From Spirochaetaceae bacterium (GTDB lineage: Bacteria > Spirochaetota > Spirochaetia > DSM-2461), in assembly GCA_051531975.1 (NCBI GenBank), contig JAOPTT010000017.1, forward strand, positions 1 through 64,000: a stretch of DNA of 64,000 bases, written 5' to 3'. Below the pieces are notes generated by a model. It worked only from the letters and a program-made list of their open reading frames with translations, had not been told where the DNA came from and did not search any database. A program made the position numbers and the translations under genes. How positions within the stretch are numbered: the stretch's first letter is position 1; each line of letters begins with the position of its first letter. Below, one piece after another: positions 30,997-41,082 of the stretch.

Positions 30997-32551
30997 TGCA
31001 CTAATAGTTGATGATGAACCTATTGAAAGAGAAGCTATGAGAATGATTATACAGGAGAATTACCCTGGTATAATTAATGTAGTAGGTGAAGCTGAAAATG
31101 GCTATGAAGCCATAGATCTGGCAAAAAAAAAGAAACCTGATATTATTGTTATTGATATAAATATGCCGGGAATTAATGGTTTGGAAACAATTCAACAGAT
31201 GTTACTAGAAAAGGTTGAAGCAAAATTTATAATTGTAACGTCTTATAATAAATTTGAATATGCACAAAGTGCAATTCGGTTAGGAGTTGAAGACTTCATA
31301 TTAAAACCTACAGGAATAGAAAGTATAAAATCAACTTTTGTTAGTGTAATGGAAAGAATTGATCTAGAACTAGAGTCTATGCAATCATTAGAAAAATTAA
31401 ATAGTAAATTAGATAAAATACGACCTATTATTGAGGCGGATATTATTAACATGTTGATTGAAGGAAAAGACACTGAGGATTATGCTACTATGTTCCGGCA
31501 TTTAAATTTTAGCCCCCTTAGAGCTTTTGTTTTAGTTTGCGAATATAGATCTGATAATACAGTGTTTATTGATAGACTTGAGATTCAATTCACAAAATTA
31601 GGAATACGTGCTATTTCAGATATTTCTAATAACTTAATTGTTTTTATCATATTTTCAGAAGAAAATGGGACTGATTTTTCATCTAATATAATAATGAAAA
31701 AACTTGAAATATACCTTAATAACAATATACGCACAGATTATGTTATTGGTGCCGGTGAAGATGTTGATAATCTTAATAATCTAGTTCAATCATATCACAC
31801 AGCAATAAAATGTTTTAAATATGGTAAATATTCAGGCAAAAAGTTAGTTGTTTTGGAATATATGAAAGGTGAGAATATAAAAAAGTCTTTTTCTCTACAA
31901 AATTATGTAGATGGCTTAGTAGAAAATATTATATCTAATAATACTTCTGAAGTAGATGCTTTAATAGATTCCTTTTTTATAGATTTAAGTAGTTCAAACC
32001 AATCAATGGCAATTATGCATCAATACTCTTATCAAGCAATAATACTTATTGAACAAAAAATATCAAATAGACTACCTTATATGAATCTAATAAATGAGAT
32101 AACTTTTAGCAGAGAGTACCTGCTTTCCACAGGTGAACTAAAATATCTAAAGGGTTATTTCAAAAATAGTATTGATCACATTATAATTAAGATTTCATCT
32201 AATAATGAGTCTAAACATAACTCTATTGTATTGGATGCGATACAATATATAGAGACAAATTACACTGATAATTTCACTCTGGAAGAACTTGCCATACACC
32301 TTAAAGTTTCATCCTTTCATTTATGTAAAGTTTTAAAAAAACAGACAGGAAAAAACTTCTCAGATATACTAAATGAGTGTAGATTAAACAAAGCTAAAGA
32401 TCTATTAAAAGATGATAGAATTAGTATTAAAGAGGTTACATATAGTACTGGTTTTAACAGCCCACACTATTTTGCAAGAATATTTAAGAAGTATACCGGA
32501 GTAACTCCAACGGAATTTAAAAACCAGTGCAAAATCAAGGTTCAGAAATAA
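30989..32551 (+). CDS. YesN-like response regulator (REC + AraC HTH)
   Basis: IVDDE, DINMP, FILKP and the C-terminal AraC motif GFNSPHYFARIFKKYTGVTPTEF. Confidence 0.93.
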   Translation: MYNALIVDDEPIEREAMRMIIQENYPGIINVVGEAENGYEAIDLAKKKKPDIIVIDINMPGINGLETIQQMLLEKVEAKFIIVTSYNKFEYAQSAIRLGVEDFILKPTGIESIKSTFVSVMERIDLELESMQSLEKLNSKLDKIRPIIEADIINMLIEGKDTEDYATMFRHLNFSPLRAFVLVCEYRSDNTVFIDRLEIQFTKLGIRAISDISNNLIVFIIFSEENGTDFSSNIIMKKLEIYLNNNIRTDYVIGAGEDVDNLNNLVQSYHTAIKCFKYGKYSGKKLVVLEYMKGENIKKSFSLQNYVDGLVENIISNNTSEVDALIDSFFIDLSSSNQSMAIMHQYSYQAIILIEQKISNRLPYMNLINEITFSREYLLSTGELKYLKGYFKNSIDHIIIKISSNNESKHNSIVLDAIQYIETNYTDNFTLEELAIHLKVSSFHLCKVLKKQTGKNFSDILNECRLNKAKDLLKDDRISIKEVTYSTGFNSPHYFARIFKKYTGVTPTEFKNQCKIKVQK

Positions 32552-32586
32552 CTATTGTATACTTCTTACTACCCCCTTAATATCAT

Positions 32587-32817
32587 TTATATTATCTCCT
32601 TATCTTCATAATAAAATACACCTTCTAGTGGAACATTAAAAACTTTAGATATTCTAAATGCAAGTTCCAAGGAAGGTGAATATTTTCCTTTTTCCATGGC
32701 AACAACAGTCTGTCTTGAAACACCTGCTTTTTCTGCTAAATCTTTCTGGGTCATCTCATCCGTATTAAAACGCAGTTTACGGATGTTGTTATGTATCTGT
32801 TCTTTCCCCATTTTCAT
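32587..32817 (-). CDS. XRE-family helix-turn-helix regulator
   Basis: MTQKDLAEKAGVSRQTVVAMEKGKYSPSLELAFRI. Confidence 0.93.
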   Translation of the reverse strand: MKMGKEQIHNNIRKLRFNTDEMTQKDLAEKAGVSRQTVVAMEKGKYSPSLELAFRISKVFNVPLEGVFYYEDKEII

Positions 32818-33254
32818 ACCCCTTTTCTATATAAAACAATCTTTGTAATATCAGATGAGATATCTGCGAGATTAAAAAACAGATACATAATGTTAATCAT
32901 GATATATATTGGCCAAGCTATAACTAAAGAGACAATAGAAAACAGAAAACCGGCACCTACAATAATATAACCAATATTATTACCTTTACTGGAAATCAGC
33001 TTATCTCTTTCATCTTCTATATCTTCTATCTCTTCACCATTAGTAACGATTGCATTAATAATAAAAAAGATAATAAGGGTTAATATTTTAACACCTATCG
33101 CTATGGGTATAAAAATCAGTATAGTTTTCCCCCATAATTGCAGATCATGTTCCATTCCATTAAGAAAGAAACCTTTTACATACATACAATAAGCTGTATA
33201 GATAGCAATTGTACCAACAATATTAACAATAATTTTTTTTTCCTGAATAGACAT
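32814..33254 (-). CDS. Four-TM membrane protein co-transcribed with the XRE regulator
   Basis: Hydrophobic helices with EDERDKLI and a YRKG end, a pattern usually paired with XRE HTH genes; ATGA overlap. Confidence 0.75.
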   Translation of the reverse strand: MSIQEKKIIVNIVGTIAIYTAYCMYVKGFFLNGMEHDLQLWGKTILIFIPIAIGVKILTLIIFFIINAIVTNGEEIEDIEDERDKLISSKGNNIGYIIVGAGFLFSIVSLVIAWPIYIMINIMYLFFNLADISSDITKIVLYRKGV

Positions 33255-33266
33255 TTAATTCTCCTA

Positions 33267-33351
33267 ATGTAAATCAAACTTTACATTCAATGTAATCCCT
33301 AATCGACTATATGTCAAGTCTAGTTTACTAAATGTCATGTAATTATTACTA
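33267..33351 (-). promoter_or_regulatory. Sigma70 promoter overlapped by four tandem 20-bp operator-like palindromes
   Basis: Minus strand TTGACA-N17-TACATT (33317-33289). The sites are ATGTAAATCAAACTTTACAT, ATGTAATCCCTAATCGACTA, ATGTCAAGTCTAGTTTACTA and ATGTCATGTAATTATTACTA. Confidence 0.7.
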
Positions 33352-33426
33352 TTATTCAATTTCACCATTAAATTGATCTGTCTGAATTGCATTAATTATT
33401 TTCTGATATGTTGGTGCCATATAGTC

Positions 33427-34818
33427 CTATTTCATCCTGTTTAAACTTTGGAATACCTCTTTTAGATTTTTTTTCAAGGAGTCATATGAGTGGTATTTTT
33501 GGCCAATCTTAAAGTTTTCATCTAATAGTTTGTTTGTTTCTTTATCAAATAGACATTTTAATAACTTATCAGCAGTTTTACAAATTTGATCTAAACTCAA
33601 AGTTTTTATGTGCCTATAATCACTATTCTTTTCAAACTTATCGTTCATAGTAATATAGTTATATTCAAATGGTTTTATATCAGTTTTAAAGACTGGATAC
33701 TCATAACATATAATTGGTAGTCTAGCAAAAACAGCTTCTATAAACTGATTACCCCAGCCCTCATATGTACTTGGGTAGCTAACAACATCCACATGGGAAT
33801 AGCAGTCCCATAAACTATATTGCTTCTGTCCATCTTCATGACCTCTTTCAGCATGTATTATATCGCTTAAGAAGTGAATATAGGTTAATCCACTAGATAT
33901 AGATTTTAACTCCTCTAAATATTCAAGTCCGTCGTCTTCTGCATAACCTACAATTAAAAGATGAATTTTACTTTTATCTGAGATTTGTTTACCGTTGTAT
34001 AAATCCTTATCTATATAGTCTTTAAGCAAGTGGCTTTCATTCATATACTTAACAAGCTGAATTGTAAACTCGATGCTTTTTCTTGAGACAATCCGTGTCG
34101 CTTGTAAAATAGTTATATCATCAGATGATATACCTAAAGTGCTAAATGTTTCGACTAATCCACTATTATATTCATCTTTTTGCCATGGTTTCTGTGCAAA
34201 GTCAAATGTATCGGTAATTACTTGTGCCTTAAGTCCCCTTCTTTCCAGAAAAGTTCCCTGTGTCATAGTATTTATAACAGCATGTTTTATATATGGTGAA
34301 ACTGGAGGAACATAAGTATCAAGGTATTTTAATAGTTTAGGATGAGTTACGTTTGTATATACAGGTCGTTCAAAATAAAAATCATGATGCATACCCAGAG
34401 TTGGGATTTTATACTCTTGAATAATTTCATAGAAAGCTTTTGCTGCAGCAATATGCCGGCCGTGACTGAATATATTATGTAGAAAAAGAAAATCTGGCTT
34501 TTCAATTTCAATAATTTCCCTTAAAGACTCTTTTATGTGTGAACTAACCTGATTAAGCTCTTCTAACAGAGAAGGGATTACCTGTTCTTCTATATTCTGA
34601 TCAAAAAACCTATGTGTTAATGAGGCTATTTGAGGACTATCAAAATTAAGAGCCTCAATAATATGATCTGAGTTTTTGCTTTTAGGTCCTGAAACCAAAA
34701 ATGATTCAAATCCAAGTTCGTTAAGAATATCCATACGTTTTTCTATTTCAAAAGATACTCCATCGGTCATTCCAACTCTGTAGTGAGCGAGCATTACTTT
34801 TTGTCTGTTTTCATTCAT
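33427..34818 (-). CDS. GT-B glycosyltransferase, mannosylglucosylglycerate synthase (MggS)-like, paralog 2
   Basis: HYRVGMTDGVSFE, HHDFYFER, QATRIVSRKSIE, YSLWD and YPSTYEGWGNQFIE. Confidence 0.8.
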   Translation of the reverse strand: MNENRQKVMLAHYRVGMTDGVSFEIEKRMDILNELGFESFLVSGPKSKNSDHIIEALNFDSPQIASLTHRFFDQNIEEQVIPSLLEELNQVSSHIKESLREIIEIEKPDFLFLHNIFSHGRHIAAAKAFYEIIQEYKIPTLGMHHDFYFERPVYTNVTHPKLLKYLDTYVPPVSPYIKHAVINTMTQGTFLERRGLKAQVITDTFDFAQKPWQKDEYNSGLVETFSTLGISSDDITILQATRIVSRKSIEFTIQLVKYMNESHLLKDYIDKDLYNGKQISDKSKIHLLIVGYAEDDGLEYLEELKSISSGLTYIHFLSDIIHAERGHEDGQKQYSLWDCYSHVDVVSYPSTYEGWGNQFIEAVFARLPIICYEYPVFKTDIKPFEYNYITMNDKFEKNSDYRHIKTLSLDQICKTADKLLKCLFDKETNKLLDENFKIGQKYHSYDSLKKNLKEVFQSLNRMK

Positions 34819-34862
34819 AATTGACCTCTATAATTAAAATTTTGTTATTCTATATTCTTATA

Positions 34863-36545
34863 TTATTTCCTTATCCATAAGATCTGATATGGTTTAACAT
34901 TTATGTTCATATCTACTTCTTTTGTTGAAATCAAATCATAACCAGTAAACGGTAGTAATGCTTCTACTATCTCGTTTGAAATATTTATAACAACTAATAT
35001 TTTTTCGTCTTTATCTACATCATGACGGATAATTGTAAAAAGTTTACTGTGTATAAACAGTGATATTTGAACACTTGTTGGAGAAAATGCGCTAGATGTT
35101 TTTCTAATATTTATTAAATCTAGATATGGGTAGAAAATTCTTTGTCTGAGGGAATTATCCTTTAACTCATTTTTTAACAGATCAAGGTTTAATTTTTCTC
35201 TATTTATTCTTCTATTAATACCTGATTCTGCAACACCCTTATCATAATTCCTAGAACCTAATAAACTATGAATGTAAATTCCAGGCACTCCTGCAACAGA
35301 GAGTAAGATACCTTGAGATGCTAAAAATATTTTAGCTCTCATTTCATCAGAGTCTTCTAAATCTGTTAAAGCATCTACAAAAGTAATATTTAATTCATAA
35401 GGTTCTTTTGACCCATCACTGAGTGTTCTATAATTAACCTTTCCTCCTCGGCTACGAACTGTATCTACAATTTTATTCTTTTCAAATTGTGATAGTATGC
35501 CTTGGACAGGGCGCAACCCTATTCCATCATGTGAGGCTAAAAAGTTAAAATAAGTTGTAGTATCTGTGGTACTTTTTAGCGAATCTATCCACCCTAGAAT
35601 TTTTGTTGAATTACCTTCTATAAAAGTATGTAAAGTTAGTGGAGGCAGTGGAAATTGATATACCATCTGTGCTTCATCGTAACCATTTCCAAAATAACTA
35701 ATATTCTCTATATGTGGTACATTTGTTTCTGTAATCAGAATTGTTCCTGGTACTATTTCATCTAATACTATTCTTATGATTTTAATGATTTCATGTGTTT
35801 CATCTAGATGTAAACATGTACTGTTTAATTCTTTCCAAAGAAATCCAATAGCATCTAAGCGGATATATCTCGCACCATTTATTGCATATTTTATTAATAT
35901 TTCGATTATTTCTAAAATTAGATTTTTTGATCTGAAATTCAAATCTATCTGATCTCTACTAAAAGTTGTCCAGATTGATCTTTCACCTCTACTTGTTTCA
36001 TATTTTGATAACAGTGGAAGTGCTCTTGGACGAACCACGGTCGAATAATCAAGTTTTGGATCCGCCTCTATAAAATAATCAAGATACTTCTGCTCTCCAT
36101 TCAAATATCCTTTAAACCATTCACTCTCTGATGAAATATGGTTAATTACGGCATCAAACATTAAGTCATAGTTTTCTGAAATACTTTTTATATCTTTCCA
36201 GTCTCCCAGCTTTTTATCTACTTTTAAATAATCCACTACTGAAAATCCGTCATCAGAAGTAAATGGATAAAATGGTAATAGATGTATGGCATTCAGTGCA
36301 TTTTGACCGTTCTCATCAAAAAACTTCTTTAGAGTTTGTAGTGGTGTTTCTCCATCTCTAATTATAGAATCACCATAAGTAATCAGCATAACATCGTTTT
36401 CATTGACCCATTCTTTATGCTCTGTTTTATAATTTGAGTATTTTTTTTCTAATTGACCTATTCCATCTATAATATCTGTCGCGTATCTTTTATTTATATA
36501 TCTAACTTTTTCTAATAATTTTATATTTTTAGTTAACTTATTCAT
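34863..36545 (-). CDS. GH13_18 sugar phosphorylase, glucosylglycerate phosphorylase-like
   Basis: LITYGD, SDDGFSV, WTTFS.DQIDLN, RLDA, ITETNVPH, FLASHDGIG and PYELNIT. Start set to ATG 36545 (GGGAG RBS). Confidence 0.88.
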   Translation of the reverse strand: MNKLTKNIKLLEKVRYINKRYATDIIDGIGQLEKKYSNYKTEHKEWVNENDVMLITYGDSIIRDGETPLQTLKKFFDENGQNALNAIHLLPFYPFTSDDGFSVVDYLKVDKKLGDWKDIKSISENYDLMFDAVINHISSESEWFKGYLNGEQKYLDYFIEADPKLDYSTVVRPRALPLLSKYETSRGERSIWTTFSRDQIDLNFRSKNLILEIIEILIKYAINGARYIRLDAIGFLWKELNSTCLHLDETHEIIKIIRIVLDEIVPGTILITETNVPHIENISYFGNGYDEAQMVYQFPLPPLTLHTFIEGNSTKILGWIDSLKSTTDTTTYFNFLASHDGIGLRPVQGILSQFEKNKIVDTVRSRGGKVNYRTLSDGSKEPYELNITFVDALTDLEDSDEMRAKIFLASQGILLSVAGVPGIYIHSLLGSRNYDKGVAESGINRRINREKLNLDLLKNELKDNSLRQRIFYPYLDLINIRKTSSAFSPTSVQISLFIHSKLFTIIRHDVDKDEKILVVINISNEIVEALLPFTGYDLISTKEVDMNINVKPYQILWIRK

Positions 36546-36609
36546 TTTGTCTCCCAACAATAGTAATTGTAAGCTTTACCAACTTAACATGTAACAAATA
36601 AAACCTTTA

Positions 36610-36626
36610 ATGGCTTACGTTGTCAT
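36610..36626. promoter_or_regulatory. Candidate LacI-family operator
   Basis: ATGGCTTACGTTGTCAT shares CGTTGTCAT with two sites upstream of the ABC operon. Confidence 0.6.
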
Positions 36627-36665
36627 TTTAATTCAATATCAAAATATTATTCGATATTTATATAC

Positions 36666-37667
36666 TTAAGTAGAAGCTCTCTCAATAATCTGAGGTTCTA
36701 TTAGAATGTGCTTCTCTGGTATTGAGTTTTCAGTTAAAAGGTCCACCAACATATGTAAAGTTTTTTGACCTAATATGGTTGTAAATTGGTCAATAGTTGA
36801 TAATGCCGGATGAATAAATTCCGATAGATAAATATTATCTACTCCCAAAACAGCAACATCTTCAGGGATTTTAAGATTTCGTTCTAAAATAGCTTTATAA
36901 ACGCCTAAGGCTCTCTCATCTCCAGATACAAAAAAAGCATCTAGTTTTTTCTGATCTAACAATTCTCCAGCTTTTTGATAAGACTTTTCTATACTATCTA
37001 TTTCAAAATAGACTTCACTTTTTATAGAACAGTTTGAAACAGAGTCTTTAAATCCTCTAACCCTTTCTTGATTAACAATAAATTCTTCAGCACCAACAAA
37101 CTGAATGATAGACTTAAAATTTTTCTTTACTAAATATTCTCCACCAATAAAACCAACTTTATAGTTATCCATATCAATGTAATAACTATTATCTAACTTA
37201 TCTTCCTTACCAACGATGACATAGGGAATCCCATTTTCAGATAGATACTTTATACGAACATCATTTTCTTTATTATCAAATATAATGGCACCATCGGCCA
37301 ACCCACTTTTAAGTAGATAAAAACCATCGGTTTCGTCACCTATTACACCATATGCGGAAGATGGTGATATAACAATTTTATACCCTGTTTTTTTTGATTC
37401 GTTAATAATAACGTTGATGATTGTATTGTGCCAAATATTCCAATAGTTTCCACCGTGTTTATCAAAAAACACGATAATTGTTTTGGTTTTTCTACCCCTA
37501 AGTCCCTGAGCGGCAACGTTTACCATATATCCTTCACGTTCAATTACATCCATAACTTTTTTTTTCGTTACATCACTAACATTAGGACTTTTATTAATTA
37601 CTCTAGAAACCGTCTTTAATGAAACATTAGAAAGCCGGGCTATATCAGACATCATCACCTTTTTCAT
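36666..37667 (-). CDS. LacI-family transcriptional regulator
   Basis: MSDIARLSNVSLKTVSRVIN HTH, IPEDVAVLGVDN, PALSTIDQ and IERAST. Confidence 0.95.
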   Translation of the reverse strand: MKKVMMSDIARLSNVSLKTVSRVINKSPNVSDVTKKKVMDVIEREGYMVNVAAQGLRGRKTKTIIVFFDKHGGNYWNIWHNTIINVIINESKKTGYKIVISPSSAYGVIGDETDGFYLLKSGLADGAIIFDNKENDVRIKYLSENGIPYVIVGKEDKLDNSYYIDMDNYKVGFIGGEYLVKKNFKSIIQFVGAEEFIVNQERVRGFKDSVSNCSIKSEVYFEIDSIEKSYQKAGELLDQKKLDAFFVSGDERALGVYKAILERNLKIPEDVAVLGVDNIYLSEFIHPALSTIDQFTTILGQKTLHMLVDLLTENSIPEKHILIEPQIIERAST

Positions 37668-37688
37668 ATACGAGTCATACTATAGTTA

Positions 37689-39020
37689 TTAAAATAAATG
37701 TTCAAGAATTCGTTGTAAACTATCATAAGAAAACTCCCTACTTGCTATTTCATAGTTCTTAGAACTGTTATCAGTTCTTAATTTATTATCTACTAATAAA
37801 AACTCCATCTCTTTTGCTGCTTTAACTATTATATTTTGATCTATTTGGACTAGTTGTTCTTTTGTATAACTATAAGTATCACCAAGAGAAACAACATTAA
37901 AATTATGCCGCCTGATATCTGATTTATAAACAGGATATTCAAAAACTAATATCGGTTTTTTAGCAAAAACTCCTTCTAAGAACTGGTTACCCCACCCTTC
38001 TAGTATGCTTGGATAGGTAATAAAATCGGCATGTACATAAACATCCCATAAACTATATTGTTTTGTATTATTAATAGTGCATCTAGAATGTTTTATTACC
38101 TCATTACAAAAAACCAGTTCCAAACCGTTATTTTTTGCTTTTTTAATTAATTTTTCTGTATATTCATTTTCTGATTCAGTTAAACCAGCTAAAACTAATA
38201 CAACTTTATTTCTAGAAGTAAATTTTCTACCATCATACAGTGTCAAAGTTGAATTTTTTAAATTATTATTCAACCCAGATGCAACATCTACTGCAACCTC
38301 AATAGCCTTTCTTTCAGTTATTCTTGTTGCCTGAAGCAGTAGTATATCATTTTTATCGATACCAATTGACCTTCGAAAGTCTTCGTTATATTCATCCTTA
38401 ATCCATGGATCAGCACTAAAATCAAATACGTTTGGAACAACAGCAGCATCAATATCTTTTCTTTTTTTTATCTCTTCTTTTGCAATATTATTTATTACAC
38501 AATGTTTAATAAAAGGTGCCTTAGGAGGAAAATATCTGTTTAATAGATCTTTAATTCCAGAACATGTGGGATTTGAATATTTCTCGCGTTCCCAATAAAA
38601 ATCATGATGATGTACTATGCACATGGTTCTTGTTAACATTATTGCATTAGAGAAACCAATACCAGCTGATAAGCCCCACCCTAAAGACCAGATATTATTT
38701 GGAACTACAATATCGATGTTATTATCTCTAATAAAACCAATTAGTTTTTTTTCAATTTTTGATGCAAGATCGTTAATTTCTTTCATTAATTGGGATTCAG
38801 TATAATCTTTAAGTTCTACATAGGCATTTTCTACTATTTTATCATTTATAGGGTGAGCATAATGAAGTTCTTCAATTATATATGCCTGGGATGTTCCCTG
38901 ACTTCCTGCAAGAAAAAAAACGTTATGACCTAATCTCTCTAAAATTAACTTCCATTTATCCATCTCTAGTGAAACTCCATCGGTTTCACCAACACGGAAA
39001 TGGCAAAGTGCTATATTCAT
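37689..39020 (-). CDS. GT-B glycosyltransferase, MggS-like, paralog 1
   Basis: HFRVGETDGVSLEMDKW, HHHDFYWER, QATRITERKAIE, YSLWD and YPSILEGWGNQFLE. Confidence 0.82.
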   Translation of the reverse strand: MNIALCHFRVGETDGVSLEMDKWKLILERLGHNVFFLAGSQGTSQAYIIEELHYAHPINDKIVENAYVELKDYTESQLMKEINDLASKIEKKLIGFIRDNNIDIVVPNNIWSLGWGLSAGIGFSNAIMLTRTMCIVHHHDFYWEREKYSNPTCSGIKDLLNRYFPPKAPFIKHCVINNIAKEEIKKRKDIDAAVVPNVFDFSADPWIKDEYNEDFRRSIGIDKNDILLLQATRITERKAIEVAVDVASGLNNNLKNSTLTLYDGRKFTSRNKVVLVLAGLTESENEYTEKLIKKAKNNGLELVFCNEVIKHSRCTINNTKQYSLWDVYVHADFITYPSILEGWGNQFLEGVFAKKPILVFEYPVYKSDIRRHNFNVVSLGDTYSYTKEQLVQIDQNIIVKAAKEMEFLLVDNKLRTDNSSKNYEIASREFSYDSLQRILEHLF

Positions 39021-39059
39021 AATACTACCTCCAACCCCTTATAAGATGACAATTAGCTA

Positions 39060-39959
39060 TTAAGAAAAAATAATATCTTTTTTATTTATCTCTGCAGCAG
39101 AGATAACAGTATCTGCACCACAGTAGTAGACCAGTATTTTATTTTCGATCTCCACCTGCCCACATGAAAAAACAACATTTGGAACGTGACCCTCTTTTTC
39201 CCACTTAAGTTCAGGTTCAAGTATAGGTTCAACTTGTCTTGATATAACCTTAGACGGATCTTTAAGGTCCAGTAGAGCTATACCTTGGGTATAAACATGG
39301 TCTTTATTTACACCGTGATATATAAGAACCCAACCCTCTTTTGTTTTTATTGGTGGACCACTAATTCCAATCTTTAAATTTTCCCAATTTGAGGTAGGTA
39401 CAGGTTCCATGACCCTAGTATGATCTGTCCAATTCTTCAGGTCATCTGAATATGCAATCCATATATCTGGGCTTCTTCGATGGAACATACAGAATCTGCC
39501 GTCAATTTTTTCCGGAAAGAGTGATGCATCCTTGTTTGGTTCATCTAATACAATACCATGACGTTTCCATGTTTTAAGATCTTTTGAAGATGTTAGACAT
39601 ATCCTATAATCCCCGGGAGTTTTCCCACGGTATCCTGTATACATCATGTAAAATGTATCATCAATTTTTACAATCCGTGGGTCCTCAAGTCCCCTAAGTT
39701 CTTGCTCCCCTTCGTTGGTTAATAGTGGTGTATTATTTCTTTCAAAGTGAATTCCATCATCACTCACAGCATATCCTAACCTACTAATAAAAGGGCCATC
39801 TTTCCCACTAGAGGCAATGTCTGTGGCTCTATAAATCATGTGAACCTTGTTATTGTCATAGATTGCCGCACAGTTGAATACAGCTGACGCTTCCCAAGGA
39901 TTATTTTTTACAGGGGACATCAGTGGTGTTTTGGAAATTCTTTTCAGTTTCATCGGCAT
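39060..39959 (-). CDS. GH130-family glycoside phosphorylase/hydrolase
   Basis: VFNCAA, IYRA, GLEDPRI, PNKDASLFPEKI, HRR.P, LIYHGV and VPNVVFSCG; start probably 39959. Confidence 0.9.
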   Translation of the reverse strand: MPMKLKRISKTPLMSPVKNNPWEASAVFNCAAIYDNNKVHMIYRATDIASSGKDGPFISRLGYAVSDDGIHFERNNTPLLTNEGEQELRGLEDPRIVKIDDTFYMMYTGYRGKTPGDYRICLTSSKDLKTWKRHGIVLDEPNKDASLFPEKIDGRFCMFHRRSPDIWIAYSDDLKNWTDHTRVMEPVPTSNWENLKIGISGPPIKTKEGWVLIYHGVNKDHVYTQGIALLDLKDPSKVISRQVEPILEPELKWEKEGHVPNVVFSCGQVEIENKILVYYCGADTVISAAEINKKDIIFS

Positions 39960-39960
39960 A

Positions 39961-41070
39961 TTAATTTCCATTCTCACTTTTTAGAGCAATTCTATTCTCA
40001 GTTTCTGAATCAAAAAAGTGTATTCTTTTTATATTAAATCCAAGTCCTATTTTATCCCCTGGTTTTACTTTAGTTTCAGCAGAGACTATCATTTTTACTA
40101 TAGTTTCACTTAAATTTAAGGCAACAACCTGATGGGAACCCTGAGGTTCTACTACTAGAACTTGTTCACTAAATACAGCCTTATTATCCTGGGCAATAAG
40201 AAGATCTTCGGGTCTAACACCAAGAACAATCTCTTTTCCATTATATACTTTTAATTCCGTGAAATTCTCGGAGTTTAGTTCAAGTGTGAAATGAGAATGT
40301 TTTAGATATATTGTATCTCGATCAAAATTACATGTTACATTAAAGAAATTTGATGGAGGAGTTCCAATAAAACCTGCAACAAACATATTTGCACTTCTAA
40401 AATAAACATCATCAGGGGTACCAATTTGCACAATTATACCGTCTTTCATTATTACAATCCGGTCAGCCATACTCATTGCTTCCGACTGGTCATGGGTAAC
40501 AAAAATAGAGGTAGCTTCTGTTTGTTGATGAATCGCTTTTAATTCTGTACGCATAGTAACACGAAGTTTTGCATCTAGGTTTGACAATGGTTCATCCATA
40601 AGAAACAATTTTGGTTTTACTGCAAGAGCTCTTGCTAGTGCAACTCGCTGCTGCTGTCCTCCTGAAATATGGGAAGGAAGTCGTTCTAATAGTTCCCCTA
40701 TTTTAACCATGTCAGCTGTTTCCTGAACACGTTTCTGAATCATGTCTTTAGGCATTTTTTTTAATTTTAATGAAAAAGCAATATTATCATATACTGTCAT
40801 ATGAGGCCAGATTGCATAGTTTTGAAATACCATACTTATTCCTCTTTCTCTAGGAGGAATATCTGTTATATCTTTTCCATCGAGTAAAATGGTTCCTTTT
40901 GTCACTTCTTCAAGACCGGCAATCATTCTCATGGTTGTTGTTTTTCCACAACCTGAGGGACCAAGGAGAACGATAAATTCTTGGTCATTTACCTTTAGAT
41001 CCATCTTTTTTACTCCCCAAACTTTCTTTGTGAAGCGTTTCGCAATATTATTTAATTCCAGTGTTGCCAT
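39961..41070 (-). CDS. Carbohydrate ABC ATP-binding protein (MalK/MsmX family)
   Basis: GPSGCGKTT, SGGQQQRVALARA, DEPLSNLDAKLR and a TOBE tail. Confidence 0.95.
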   Translation of the reverse strand: MATLELNNIAKRFTKKVWGVKKMDLKVNDQEFIVLLGPSGCGKTTTMRMIAGLEEVTKGTILLDGKDITDIPPRERGISMVFQNYAIWPHMTVYDNIAFSLKLKKMPKDMIQKRVQETADMVKIGELLERLPSHISGGQQQRVALARALAVKPKLFLMDEPLSNLDAKLRVTMRTELKAIHQQTEATSIFVTHDQSEAMSMADRIVIMKDGIIVQIGTPDDVYFRSANMFVAGFIGTPPSNFFNVTCNFDRDTIYLKHSHFTLELNSENFTELKVYNGKEIVLGVRPEDLLIAQDNKAVFSEQVLVVEPQGSHQVVALNLSETIVKMIVSAETKVKPGDKIGLGFNIKRIHFFDSETENRIALKSENGN

Positions 41071-41082
41071 TTTTATCTCCTA

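Noticed and set aside
33267..33351. Short periodic repeats as a mini-CRISPR or iterons
   Set aside because: The units are degenerate palindromes with 1-3 bp gaps over a promoter, with no spacers, cas or rep gene.
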